Position numbers and translations under genes: made by a program | From: an uncultured virus (IMG/VR IMGVR_UViG_3300000304_000038) | Lineage: Duplodnaviria; Heunggongvirae; Uroviricota; Caudoviricetes | Strand: one strand, 5' to 3' | Virus record (IMG/VR): IMGVR_UViG_3300000304_000038 | Length of the DNA stretch: 64,000 nt | Notes under the pieces: model-generated | Databases searched by the model: none | What the model saw: the letters and a program-made list of their open reading frames with translations, nothing else | Told to the model about the DNA's origin: nothing | Part shown: positions 1 through 9,422 of the stretch, piece by piece | Numbering within the stretch: position 1 is the stretch's first letter | Layout: each line of letters opens with the position of its first letter

Positions 1-251
1 GGCGGGTGCATCTTCAACAATTATATTATCCTCTTTTTCAAACTTGGTGTCAACCGGAATTTGTTCCTTCTCAAAAGGAATTTTGTACTCAGTTCCACCA
101 AGTTCGCATAGAGCAAATTGAATGAACAAATCAGAGAGGTCTTTTCTCGATTGCGGCGGAACAGTAGCAAGTGGCATCATGTGTTCATACGCATAATTCA
201 ACACTCGCCGCAACTGGGTAAGACTTATATAGATTCCATCCTCTACGGACA

Positions 252-881
252 TTATCGCCTCATTGGGGCATACTGCGCCGCAAGCTCCTGAGTGAACTCA
301 CAATAGATAGTAGGTAGACCGAACCGGCGAGGATTGGTAAAACTATCTCCCTTGGAAGGGTCATACTCGATATGCTCACAGACGGCAATGATGCGAGGAT
401 TATCCGCAAAGGCAACGGCCAAATCACTCATTTTCTGGAGCAGCTTGTACGAGAACTTGTGCTTGTCCCAATAGACAGAAAGCTCGTCAGAGTCCATCTT
501 CGCCGCATTGGCCTGTGCCCTGTCCATGAGCTGTTGAAAGCCCTTGGTAGTCGCGGTGTTGACATAACGCCACTCAGAAATCTTCTCACCGTTCTTGAAG
601 AGGCCATCTTCAGTGACGATATAGGTGTCCTTTGCAAGAATCTTATCAAAAAGGTCATAGTCAAGCCGCATAAGCCCACCACTCACATACTCGGGGTCAG
701 CGGAATGAACAGTCACAATAGGAACCTCGATGCTTACCATGCAATGAGTGTCGGTAAAAATAAGATGACCGCTATCAAGAACAGGCCAACGAAGATTGTC
801 ATTGGTCGTGCGGTCCATCTTCTTCTTGTCCTTACAGTGTGCGATAAGCGCCTTCCACTGCTTACCCGTAAAAGTGTTCAT
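252..881 (-). CDS. hypothetical phage protein
   Basis: 209 aa ORF with AAAGGA SD and an upstream TTTACA-18-TATAAT promoter. Confidence 0.65.
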   Translation of the reverse strand: MNTFTGKQWKALIAHCKDKKKMDRTTNDNLRWPVLDSGHLIFTDTHCMVSIEVPIVTVHSADPEYVSGGLMRLDYDLFDKILAKDTYIVTEDGLFKNGEKISEWRYVNTATTKGFQQLMDRAQANAAKMDSDELSVYWDKHKFSYKLLQKMSDLAVAFADNPRIIAVCEHIEYDPSKGDSFTNPRRFGLPTIYCEFTQELAAQYAPMRR

Positions 882-1006
882 TTAATCTTTCCTTTCTCTT
901 GGTTGCTAAAGCAATTATAGCAAATCCAAAAGCAAGTTGTAAAGAGACAAAAAAGACCGCATAGCCAAGGATTTTCATATCTACTGGGCTATGCGGCTAT
1001 AGAAAA

Positions 1007-1085
1007 GGAGGATATACCAAAAAGAGTTTATAACATTTAGCAGATGTTTCCGTAATCAGCGAAGTAACTCTTTTTCCATCACTCC
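1007..1085 (-). ncRNA. Y-RNA-like ncRNA, minimal form (orphan copy 5)
   Basis: Minus strand GGAG-UGAUGG-AAAAAGAG-UUACUUC...CUCUUUUU-GGUAUAUC-CUCC; same stem/motif architecture as the four units next to the Ro60 gene. Confidence 0.7.
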
Positions 1086-1096
1086 AGAACTATCTA

Positions 1097-1170
1097 TGGC
1101 TCCAGACTCAGGTTCCGCCCCTGAAATTATTGGTTAACGGCCAATCGTGATACTATTTCACCAGTCTGGA
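1097..1170 (-). tRNA. tRNA-Asn(GUU), non-canonical
   Basis: Cloverleaf: UCCAGAC/GUCUGGA acceptor, GUGA/UCAC D stem, AUUGG/CCAAU anticodon stem with loop CCGUUAA, UCAGG/CCUGA T stem, encoded CCA; T loop is GGCGGAA. Confidence 0.8.
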
Positions 1171-1174
1171 ATTT

Positions 1175-1747
1175 TCAAAGTTTTTTCCATTCTTCATCCG
1201 AATAACTATTAATATCTTTTTTATTAGTTGGAAGACCATTTTTCTTTGCATTTTTTCTTACAGCATAATCTGTAACATTATATTCTAACGCAATAGATTT
1301 GAAAGTTTGTGTTCTAATAAGTTTTTTTAATTCTTCTCTCTCGGGTAAAATAGGATGACCTTTTCCACCCTCGGAATTAGAACCTGTTTGTATTTTTTTA
1401 AATCTTTTTTTATTTTTTAGCAAAGCCTTAAAAGAACTTAAATATTCTTCCTTATCTGGTTCTACCGCATAAGGAAAACTACATATATTTTCGTGATGCA
1501 CAATTCTGTGACAATTACCACATAGCATAACACATTTTTTAGCCTCTTGAAAAGTTCTTTCTTTAGACTGTGTTAACCCATTTTCTGATATACCAAACTC
1601 TTTGGTAGATGGATCTATATGATGAAAATCATAAACATATTCAGGATATTCTTTACCACACAACGCACAATGATTTCCAAAAGATTTTACTAAGGATATT
1701 TTAACTCTTTTTCGGAATTCTATAACAGCAGTTGACTTTTTAGACAA
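1175..1747 (-). CDS. HNH endonuclease (free-standing, tRNA-adjacent)
   Basis: CxxC...FHHIDP...CVMLCGNCHRIVH motif; AT-rich island. Confidence 0.85.
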   Translation of the reverse strand: MSKKSTAVIEFRKRVKISLVKSFGNHCALCGKEYPEYVYDFHHIDPSTKEFGISENGLTQSKERTFQEAKKCVMLCGNCHRIVHHENICSFPYAVEPDKEEYLSSFKALLKNKKRFKKIQTGSNSEGGKGHPILPEREELKKLIRTQTFKSIALEYNVTDYAVRKNAKKNGLPTNKKDINSYSDEEWKKL

Positions 1748-1835
1748 TTTTTACCTCCGTTTGGTTGCATAATATTTATTAATATATAAGTATTATACCT
1801 ATATATTAATCAAAATAAGCCCAACTGCTATTTTT

Positions 1836-2294
1836 TTATCTTACACTATCCAGTTGCTCGTTGTCAAGAAAAATTTGACCACCAGCAAAAACTTTCGTCA
1901 TATAATCCTCTACGATGAATACCGGATAGTGCTCTTGCACATACTCTTCAAAGACCTTCTTCTCCTCTTGAGAGCACTTGTCACGACTCCAAGAGAGAAA
2001 GAAAGTATGATATCTGATATGCGGACAGAGCCTACAAAGCTCCTCGTCCTTTTGCGAGTGTTCAAGCTTGCCACAAACAGTACAGTAAGAGGCAAACACC
2101 GTTGTCCATTCCTCTTGAATCACCCCCGACATCCAGTTGTCTGGATAGCGAGTCTTGATAACACAATTCCTATACTCGTGCTTGTGGTCAGCCTTCTTTG
2201 GGGCCTTCTTCTTTTTCTTCTTCTTGTGCCTTGGCGGCTCTTCTGGAACCGCCGCATACTTATGCTTTAGACTATCCTCTTTCCAAGTTCCCAT
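1836..2294 (-). CDS. hypothetical protein
   Basis: 152 aa ORF, Lys-rich N-terminus, CxxC. Confidence 0.55.
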   Translation of the reverse strand: MGTWKEDSLKHKYAAVPEEPPRHKKKKKKKAPKKADHKHEYRNCVIKTRYPDNWMSGVIQEEWTTVFASYCTVCGKLEHSQKDEELCRLCPHIRYHTFFLSWSRDKCSQEEKKVFEEYVQEHYPVFIVEDYMTKVFAGGQIFLDNEQLDSVR

Positions 2295-2488
2295 CTGGTT
2301 CAGCGCTCCCTAACCTTTTGCCACAAAAAGGACAAAACGAAATACCGTGTACGGAATCGTCAAAATAGTTGTGATTGATAACGCACCAGACCCACTCTGA
2401 GTGCAAACCATTGAAGATTGCGGTCTCCACAGAATAGCCTTCTAGCATTTTTCGACACTTGTGTTCTTTGAAATCTTCAATACGCATT

Positions 2489-3139
2489 TTACTCACAATT
2501 GCCCGCACCGAGGGGGATACAGATACCCTCATACTTATCAATGGTGATATTATGACTCTCAAGAAGATTCATGGTATCAACCATCTCTTCAATATCCTTC
2601 AGAGTGAACTCATACGCATGACCATCTGCCTCGATGCTAATGGTCCCACATAGGGCATCAACCGCAAGGCTCAGAGGGATATGGCTCTTTGCCGTTCTAT
2701 AGCGACGATTCAGACCGTCCCAAGAAGGCTTACCAAACTCACAATCAATCTGCACGACCCCATCACGGCAATCTTGTGTGATGTGTATATCATCAAGCCA
2801 AGAAGAATCCGAATTTCCTCCCTTGAACTTGGTAAGAAAATCCTCCCAAAAGACAGAATCCTTGAATTCAGAGATACTATGATACGTCTGAGTATCAACG
2901 ATTACGCCTTGAGTTGAATAGCCTCTCTTCTCCTTGTTGATTCTTACACATTCAGATTCATAGGTTACGACATAAATGGTATTATAGTTATAATCAACTT
3001 CCACATCAGTATAACGCTCTGTGCGGCAACCAACCTCCATTTCATCGAAAGAGCAGAGAGACGTGTAATAAAGGTGACAACAAGGACTCGTCTCGACCAT
3101 ATACCAAACGTCACGAATAGTCTGCGGCTCAGTCACCAT
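2489..3139 (-). CDS. hypothetical protein
   Basis: 216 aa ORF in operon with neighbours. Confidence 0.55.
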   Translation of the reverse strand: MVTEPQTIRDVWYMVETSPCCHLYYTSLCSFDEMEVGCRTERYTDVEVDYNYNTIYVVTYESECVRINKEKRGYSTQGVIVDTQTYHSISEFKDSVFWEDFLTKFKGGNSDSSWLDDIHITQDCRDGVVQIDCEFGKPSWDGLNRRYRTAKSHIPLSLAVDALCGTISIEADGHAYEFTLKDIEEMVDTMNLLESHNITIDKYEGICIPLGAGNCE

Positions 3140-3500
3140 CGTTGTAAATCATCTCCCTCACAGTAAAATCATCGAACTCTTCCTCAATCTTCTCGCAACA
3201 ATCATTGGTGAGATAGGCGATCGCCTCGTCCCCGCCCCAGTAGCCGTGGACTGTCTTCTCATAAGTATCAACCCAGATATTCGGACCGCCGCAAGCCACC
3301 ATGATGCGGACACCCATCAGGCCATAACCCATGCGCCAGATGAAGTCGGTATTATAGGTATCGTCAAAGTAATAGGTACCCTCTTCATCGTCCTCATGCT
3401 CGAGCTCATAGAAGCCAGTATCCTTGATTTCCTCAAGAGTATCAGCGATTCGCCGCACCATCTTGTTGAAGTTGTCCTGAAACTCTTCCTGATAGGTCAT
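3129..3500 (-). CDS. hypothetical acidic protein
   Basis: ATG at 3500 after AAAGGA SD and TTTACA-18-TATACT promoter. Confidence 0.65.
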   Translation of the reverse strand: MTYQEEFQDNFNKMVRRIADTLEEIKDTGFYELEHEDDEEGTYYFDDTYNTDFIWRMGYGLMGVRIMVACGGPNIWVDTYEKTVHGYWGGDEAIAYLTNDCCEKIEEEFDDFTVREMIYNDGD

Positions 3501-3846
3501 TAGTTTTCCTTTCTCTCTCTTGGACAAGTATAGTATACACCATCCAAGAGCAAGTTGTAAAGAAAAAAGAGAAGACATAAGTCTCCCCTGATTTTTTTAT
3601 ATGTGGGCGCTCGCAAGGATGGAGGTCAAGTCCATCCCGCTCGTCTTTGTTCCCCTTATTACGGTCTACTTATCTCTACAAAGTGGAGACCCCAACCTCT
3701 TTTTTGCGTAGTGAGAGATACGCAGAGGCAAGTGTTTGCGGGAACCGTAGCTATCCTAGGACGGTCCGGCAATCCTTGTATCCATAGCAGACTAGTGGCT
3801 CTCACACCGAAACTGTCTGCATTGAAATCTCAATCAAATAGGCTCT

Positions 3847-4126
3847 TAGCCCCCCTCGGATTCGAACCGAGACTGAACGCATTTTCTTACCACACCATAT
3901 CGCTATGGCCGCACAAGGCGTTGTAGTCTGGACTATGCCTTTACCATATCCTATTGGACTTAGGTAGGTGGTATCTAGTCTCTACACATTTAGGATTACT
4001 CCATTTAGCACGGCGTTGTCTCAGAGAGAGTTTCGCCGTTTTAGCCACCATTCACTTAGTAGTTTCCAAATCTAAGTGCTCAAGTTTTACCCGAGTGCGC
4101 TTCCTCTGCCGTTGGGATACGGGGCC
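3847..4126 (-). tRNA. tRNA-Leu(CAA), intron-containing (exons 4093-4126 and 3847-3885)
   Basis: Spliced: GGCCCCG UA UCCC AACGGCAG AGGA A GCGCA CUCAAAA UGCGU UCAGU CUCGG UUCGAAU CCGAG GGGGGCU A; short variable loop. Confidence 0.85.
3886..4092 (-). mobile_element. group I intron in the tRNA-Leu anticodon (207 nt, no ORF)
   Basis: Core motifs GUAGAGACUAG and AAGGCAUAGUCC (P7), ACGGCG/CGCCGU pairing, terminal G. Confidence 0.85.
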
Positions 4127-4285
4127 TAAGAACCTATTCAACTAAAGATGCGGTTTGTAGGCTGCTACCGGAACCGCGCCAGTCTCGAAAGGTGCCTACT
4201 TCCTCTTATTTCTATCCTCCATTTAGTTATGGCTTGAAATAAGAACCAGGTCAACCTTAAAAAGGTAGGAGGATGGTCACGTAAA

Positions 4286-4591
4286 TTAAGCAATCTTCTC
4301 TTCAAACCCAGAATCAACAAACGGATTCGGCTGAACGTGAAACACCTCGTCAGAGAAGTGGAACTCCCCGTCCTTGTCAATGATATAACAGTGAGCACCA
4401 TTGTGCTTGCCGTCATAAGCACCAACGCCCATCACCGCAAAAGGATTCTTACAGTCGGTATCGCACTCGTCGCAAACCAAATCTCCCGGAAAGCAAGGAA
4501 TACCGTTACGGTCAGGCGGAACGATGATGTGCGGCTGACCAGCCGCATCCTCAAGCGTGCAGTAGTTGAAGGTGTAACCAGAGACGTTCAT
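4286..4591 (-). CDS. hypothetical protein
   Basis: ATG 4591 with SD and TTGACT-18-TATAAT promoter. Confidence 0.6.
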   Translation of the reverse strand: MNVSGYTFNYCTLEDAAGQPHIIVPPDRNGIPCFPGDLVCDECDTDCKNPFAVMGVGAYDGKHNGAHCYIIDKDGEFHFSDEVFHVQPNPFVDSGFEEKIA

Positions 4592-4840
4592 CAAGTTCCT
4601 TTCTCTCTCTTGGACAAATATATTATAGCATAATCCAAAAGCAGAAGTCAAATGTAAAACTGAGGAGGTTGCGTGTCTCTCCTCGCATCCTTGTTTTCGG
4701 CACAAGGTATAAGCCTCTCCTCCCACGGGATAAACAAAGCCCTAGTTTATGGCACAGGTCATAAGCCGCAAGGCAGGAAAACGTCCCGTCCTTGCACTAA
4801 ATATTATACGATTTTGCGGCATCTCTTGGCAAGAAAAAAA

Positions 4841-5386
4841 TTACCAATCCCACCACATGATTACTCGAACGTCCGCAGAATCATAATAACCATAAAGACC
4901 GACGAAGTGCCAGATGGCATTGATGAAATCCTTGAAACTACGCCGCACACCAGCTACCTTGAACTCGTGGCCGTCGCAATCAACATCCTTCTCCCACTTG
5001 GGATACTTCTTCTTGTTGCTGACAGCGACCTCCAGCTCTGCCAAGGTGTACCAAGTCTCGCCGAAGCACCAGAATCCATCCTCAGCATCGTCTCGCTTAA
5101 ACTTGTCATGCTCATTCTTGACCTCGCCGCTTATATCGATGGGGAGTCCTCGTGCATAGTCAAAGACGCTATTATAGTTTCCGCCCTCTAGAACGGAGAA
5201 CAACTCATAGTCACGACCTATCCAAGGTTGCGCATAGCGCCATGCGGGGATGGCCTTGTCTAGGATGTGCGGCTTCTTGGTATCGCTAGGAATGTAGCGA
5301 TTGTATCGCACCTTGACAGGTACGATGTTCCACTTCTGACTCTTTCGGTCACGCACCTCTACAAATACGGTAATGTCCTTACCCAT
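4841..5386 (-). CDS. hypothetical phage protein
   Basis: 181 aa ORF with AAAGGAGG SD. Confidence 0.7.
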   Translation of the reverse strand: MGKDITVFVEVRDRKSQKWNIVPVKVRYNRYIPSDTKKPHILDKAIPAWRYAQPWIGRDYELFSVLEGGNYNSVFDYARGLPIDISGEVKNEHDKFKRDDAEDGFWCFGETWYTLAELEVAVSNKKKYPKWEKDVDCDGHEFKVAGVRRSFKDFINAIWHFVGLYGYYDSADVRVIMWWDW

Positions 5387-5436
5387 AAAAACCTCCTTTC
5401 GTTTTCCTCTCTAAAGAGAGTATAGCAAAGAAAGGG

Positions 5437-6027
5437 CTAGATGGCAAGGGCCAATTCTCTCTCTTGGCACATTTCGTCATACTCATTTGGAGGAACCACC
5501 GCAACGACAAGGATACCTCGCCGCATAGTGGTACCATCGACCGAGAAGTATCGCCGCAATTGCATGAGACAATCCTTCTGGCCCTCCATTACGATATCCT
5601 GATAGGACTTTCCGTCATGGTTTGCGATACCGAGATAGCTCACGTCAGCGTCTTGGTCACAGCTTGCATCCACCAGAAGGCCATAAGGCTCGTCACTAAT
5701 ATCCGCCGCAAAGTATCTGATGAAGCTATAGATGATATCGGATGGATTCGTCAACATAGTGCAGGACAGCTCCGTGCGGAGATGTCCGTAGTTGGAGAAC
5801 ACCGTCTTCTCGATGAATTCGCTCTCCTCCATAGGCTCTATATCTATGTCCACGGTAACGTCCTCGTATTCATCATCATCCGAGGACTCCGTGAGAAAGT
5901 CCATAGTCGCTATAGCAGTAAGCTTGTCCTTTAGGTCCGGCTCAGACATGTATTGGTCGGCCTCAACGTAAAACATGAATTTCTTGCGGCCAATATTTAC
6001 AGTTGCAGCATAAAACTTTAGAGCCAT
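5437..6027 (-). CDS. hypothetical protein
   Basis: ATG 6027 after GAAGG SD, downstream of the N gap. Confidence 0.6.
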   Translation of the reverse strand: MALKFYAATVNIGRKKFMFYVEADQYMSEPDLKDKLTAIATMDFLTESSDDDEYEDVTVDIDIEPMEESEFIEKTVFSNYGHLRTELSCTMLTNPSDIIYSFIRYFAADISDEPYGLLVDASCDQDADVSYLGIANHDGKSYQDIVMEGQKDCLMQLRRYFSVDGTTMRRGILVVAVVPPNEYDEMCQERELALAI

Positions 6028-6098
6028 AGACCTTCCCTTCGATATATCTATACAAAAATGGCGCTTTCTCTTCCAACTGGGCCAAGAGAAAGCATAAG

Positions 6099-6191
6099 NN
6101 NNNNNNNNNNNNNNNNNNNNNNNNNNNNNNNNNNNNNNNNNNNNNNNNNNNNNNNNNNNNNNNNNNNNNNNNNNNNNNNNNNNNNNNNNNN
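6099..6191. other. assembly gap (run of N)
   Basis: 93 N bases. Confidence 0.99.
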
Positions 6192-6281
6192 AGGCCCCGG
6201 TAGATACAGGTATCCGCCGCAAAAGAGCAGTGGTTCAGACCCAGCACCTAGAATATAAGCCGAACTTACTCTCTTGGAAAA

Positions 6282-6647
6282 CTAAATAATATCATAGAGA
6301 TTGTCGATGTAGTTCTTGAGACGCTTTGCAATGTCCGCCTTGGTGTTACCCTTGCGACTATTGGAAAGCAGAGACTCGTAGATATCGTTATAGATATCGT
6401 CTACCTCGCTCTTGATGGCCCACTGATAGTTGGCAAGATTGTCACCAATCAGACCATCGCAATTGAGCTGAGTCACACCAGAGGAGAGATCTTCGATGAT
6501 ATCGTCATAGATTTCGTCATAGAACATCTCCTTTAGCGCTTCCCTCGTGATATTGATACCGAGAGAGTCAAGATACTCTTGGAAGGTAGCCGTGTCGTGC
6601 GCATATCGCTTCTTCCCATCGACCTCGTATTCAATAACAGCAGCCAT
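6282..6647 (-). CDS. hypothetical protein
   Basis: 121 aa ORF, AAAGGAG SD. Confidence 0.65.
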   Translation of the reverse strand: MAAVIEYEVDGKKRYAHDTATFQEYLDSLGINITREALKEMFYDEIYDDIIEDLSSGVTQLNCDGLIGDNLANYQWAIKSEVDDIYNDIYESLLSNSRKGNTKADIAKRLKNYIDNLYDII

Positions 6648-6691
6648 ACTATCTCCTTTCCGTTGCTAGAGATAGTATAGCATAAAAAAGG

Positions 6692-7132
6692 TTAGTTGAA
6701 AAGGAATTTATCGAATCGACCAAAATCCCAAAGCAGCTTATCAAAGAGGTCGTAGGAGTTGCGGCGAGAGGGCTTTTCCTTTTGCTTCTTCTCCTCATGC
6801 TTCTCCCCATCAATAGGCTTGGAAGTCCTCATAGCCTGCTTCTCTATGCGAGTCTGCTCCAGTTGCTTGCGGAGTCTCTCGTTCTCTTCTTCTAGACGCT
6901 TGACGCGGCCTTCGATGGAGTTGTCCTCAATCTCGTGGCTCTTCTGCTGAGACTCGACTTCCTGCTGGATTTCCTTTAGCAGCTTGTCAAGATCAAGATT
7001 GTCAACGTCAAGATTGTCTCGTTTGATGTCAAGGTCGATACCATCGGTGTCATTTGCCTTGACGCCAAAGGACAGCTTGCCGTCCTCTCCAACCACTGCC
7101 GACATGTTCAGGGTAAAACCATAATCTGCCAT
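6692..7132 (-). CDS. hypothetical coiled-coil protein
   Basis: 146 aa ORF, AAGGAG SD. Confidence 0.65.
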   Translation of the reverse strand: MADYGFTLNMSAVVGEDGKLSFGVKANDTDGIDLDIKRDNLDVDNLDLDKLLKEIQQEVESQQKSHEIEDNSIEGRVKRLEEENERLRKQLEQTRIEKQAMRTSKPIDGEKHEEKKQKEKPSRRNSYDLFDKLLWDFGRFDKFLFN

Positions 7133-7150
7133 GATACTCCTTCTTTCTCT

Positions 7151-7549
7151 CTATTCTCCTTGTTTCTCGTTGGATGGCGGTGTGAACAGCTCGAACTCCT
7201 CTGTGCTCGTCTGAATCACGACCGCACTATCTCCATATAGGTCAATATACTCGTTCGGATTGTCCCTATCAATGATAACCAGACGATTCTGGTAGTTCTC
7301 CACAGAGAAATGACCATTTAGCCGCATTATCTCCTCGCCACCACTGTAGACGGTTACGATTTGCGGCCTGTTATCATCTCGTCCAAAAGTCTTGAAGAAG
7401 CTTCGGCGAGCCAACTCTCCCGTCTGGGTACCGAATATCCAGATACCGAACATAATGAGAACAAGACAGACGGCAAATAGGATCAACTTGCGGCGGCGAT
7501 CAAAGATAGTTCCCCCAATCTTCGCCGCAAACTCTTTTATCTTATCCAT
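7151..7549 (-). CDS. membrane-anchored hypothetical protein
   Basis: N-terminal hydrophobic helix after basic residues. Confidence 0.65.
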   Translation of the reverse strand: MDKIKEFAAKIGGTIFDRRRKLILFAVCLVLIMFGIWIFGTQTGELARRSFFKTFGRDDNRPQIVTVYSGGEEIMRLNGHFSVENYQNRLVIIDRDNPNEYIDLYGDSAVVIQTSTEEFELFTPPSNEKQGE

Positions 7550-7574
7550 CTATCTTGTTCCTTTCTGTTGGGTT

Positions 7575-7826
7575 TTACATTGATTCGTGAAACGTGCGAG
7601 ATATAACCTCGTCTTGTTGTTGTTTGGTTAGTGCATTGAACCTTGTCGCATAACCACTCACACGTATAGTCAACTGAGGATATTTCTCAGGATGTTTTTG
7701 AGCTTCTATAAGAGTATCTCTGGAGAACACGTTCACATTGATATGCTGTCCTCCATATTCTCCATTGAAATATCCATCTAATAAATTGATTAGATTGTTT
7801 ATTCTATTGTCAGAAGGTGTAGCCAA
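7575..7826 (-). CDS. grcA: autonomous glycyl radical cofactor (GrcA/YfiD-like)
   Basis: GGQHINVNV...[15 protein letters not shown]...[12 protein letters not shown], the C-terminal glycyl-radical domain of pyruvate formate-lyase. Confidence 0.9.
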   Translation of the reverse strand: MATPSDNRINNLINLLDGYFNGEYGGQHINVNVFSRDTLIEAQKHPEKYPQLTIRVSGYATRFNALTKQQQDEVISRTFHESM

Positions 7827-7850
7827 ATCAGCCTCACCTCCTTTTCTATA

Positions 7851-8573
7851 TTACCATCGAGTATAATAATCAGTAGTTCCCGCAGCGCATCCCGAATCAG
7901 CAACAACGCAGGTTCCTTTAGACCCTTGGAATACGGTGCCTTGTGCCATATCAGAAGCAGCAACAATATAGCGGCCCTGAGAATCACGATAGAACCCCTC
8001 AGAGTCCACTGTCCATTCGGGAGTGCGGTAGTGATAGAGAACATTGCTGCTATAATAGGTCTCTCGCCTACCATTATAGTAATTCACGCCACTTTGTCTG
8101 GTTAGTCCACTGGTATTGCCACCGCAATAAGCTCCACCGCCAGAACTACTCCCACTATTGCTATAACTGATAGTCCTAGCACGAGCCGCTGCCTCCTCTG
8201 CTTCCTTCTTTTTCTGGTTGGCCGCGTCTCTCATAGCGGCCAATTCGTCAATCTTAGCCTGAACGTCAGAGATATAGGTAAAACTGTCATAGTCCACGCT
8301 ATAGTCTCCATCAACGTATCTCCCAAGAGAGTCAAGCTCAGAGACAATACCCCGTAGCTCCTCAATCTTTGCCGCATAATCTGTTGCCCACTGCTCCGCA
8401 CTCAGATAGTTCTCCTGATATGCCTCACAGTTCTCTTGGGAAATGTTGTATGCGGTGATGTTCGTTGCGGCCGATTCCACCAGAGAGTCAGCCTTGGCAA
8501 TGGTCGGATACGCAACAAAGGCCACTCCGCCGCAAATCAGCAGAGCAGCCGCAAACTTCTTAGAACTAAAAAT
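7851..8573 (-). CDS. secreted coiled-coil protein with C-terminal 3D/RlpA-like (lytic transglycosylase-like) domain
   Basis: Signal-peptide-like N-terminus if started at ATT 8573; ETYY...IVAASD...GTV...VADSG C-terminus. Confidence 0.55.
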   Translation of the reverse strand: MFSSKKFAAALLICGGVAFVAYPTIAKADSLVESAATNITAYNISQENCEAYQENYLSAEQWATDYAAKIEELRGIVSELDSLGRYVDGDYSVDYDSFTYISDVQAKIDELAAMRDAANQKKKEAEEAAARARTISYSNSGSSSGGGAYCGGNTSGLTRQSGVNYYNGRRETYYSSNVLYHYRTPEWTVDSEGFYRDSQGRYIVAASDMAQGTVFQGSKGTCVVADSGCAAGTTDYYTRW

Positions 8574-8575
8574 AA

Positions 8576-9343
8576 CTATCTCCTTAGAACGTCAGCAGCG
8601 AACCCCCATTGAGGCGTGTAAGTCGTTCCATAATATGAAATCCATTCGTCTAGAGTCCATGTGAGAACTCTGCCTCCACTGCTATGCCGCACAATCCACT
8701 GTCCGTTCTCTTGGACTATAAGACCGATATGACCCCATCTTCTACCCGCAGAAGTGTGGGTATGGGATGGTACGGCGATTATCATTCCGGGCATGATATC
8801 GTCTCTATTGGAGCTTGTGGCATACTTCCAATAGTAATCACAAGCGTTGAGAGACGGATAGGGGTAGCCCGCTCTAGAATAAATTCTTGAGGTCCAAGCA
8901 GCACAGAAACCCGCTGGTGAGCTAGGAACGCTATAAGAGACGTTCGCTATGGCCTCACCCTTGGCCCAGACCTCAGCTCTGTAGGCTTTCTCAGCCTCTA
9001 TCTCTTCTATCTGTTGTTCGATTCCTTGCAGAGTGACCAGAAGATTTTCCAGCGACTCTTGGTCAACGACAATCCTCATGGAGTTATAACCTCGCGGCAG
9101 AAGGTATTCGTACCCCCTATCAATTATATCCTGATGAAGATTGTCTATCTCAACTCGCAAACTCTCGGTAGATTCAGTTCCCTCCGTCATATCTATCAAA
9201 GTAACGAACGCGGTATCTATATCGTCTTCTATTATCGTGACAGCCGGAAGGCAATCCACCCCAGAGATTGCGTAAGCGGTATTAGGAATCAATATGGTCA
9301 GAACCACTAATAGAATCCAAGATAGTCTTCTTATGCTTTTCAA
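8576..9343 (-). CDS. secreted CHAP/NlpC-like cell-wall hydrolase
   Basis: Signal peptide; GFCAAW (Cys) and WGHIGLI (His) motifs. Confidence 0.7.
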   Translation of the reverse strand: MKSIRRLSWILLVVLTILIPNTAYAISGVDCLPAVTIIEDDIDTAFVTLIDMTEGTESTESLRVEIDNLHQDIIDRGYEYLLPRGYNSMRIVVDQESLENLLVTLQGIEQQIEEIEAEKAYRAEVWAKGEAIANVSYSVPSSPAGFCAAWTSRIYSRAGYPYPSLNACDYYWKYATSSNRDDIMPGMIIAVPSHTHTSAGRRWGHIGLIVQENGQWIVRHSSGGRVLTWTLDEWISYYGTTYTPQWGFAADVLRR

Positions 9344-9422
9344 AAAGAATCACCTCCGAAAAACATAGATACCACTTATATACTGTTTTTCAGAGTGAAC
9401 TTTTTCCTATGATTTGACCATT

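Larger units (their letters stand above)
3603..4280 (-). ncRNA. large structured ncRNA candidate enclosing a tRNA (GOLLD/ROOL-like architecture)
   Basis: Many stems, pseudoknot pairings and a loop-loop complement on both sides of the tRNA; a 13-bp helix joins the tRNA flanks. Confidence 0.55.

Noticed and set aside
4205..4280. preQ1 riboswitch or HDV-like (theta) ribozyme next to the tRNA
   Set aside because: A pseudoknot is present, but I could not fit the conserved nucleotides or topology of either class, and no regulated ORF follows
5437..6258. ORFs spanning the N run
   Set aside because: Artefacts of the assembly gap; the real gene most likely starts at 6027
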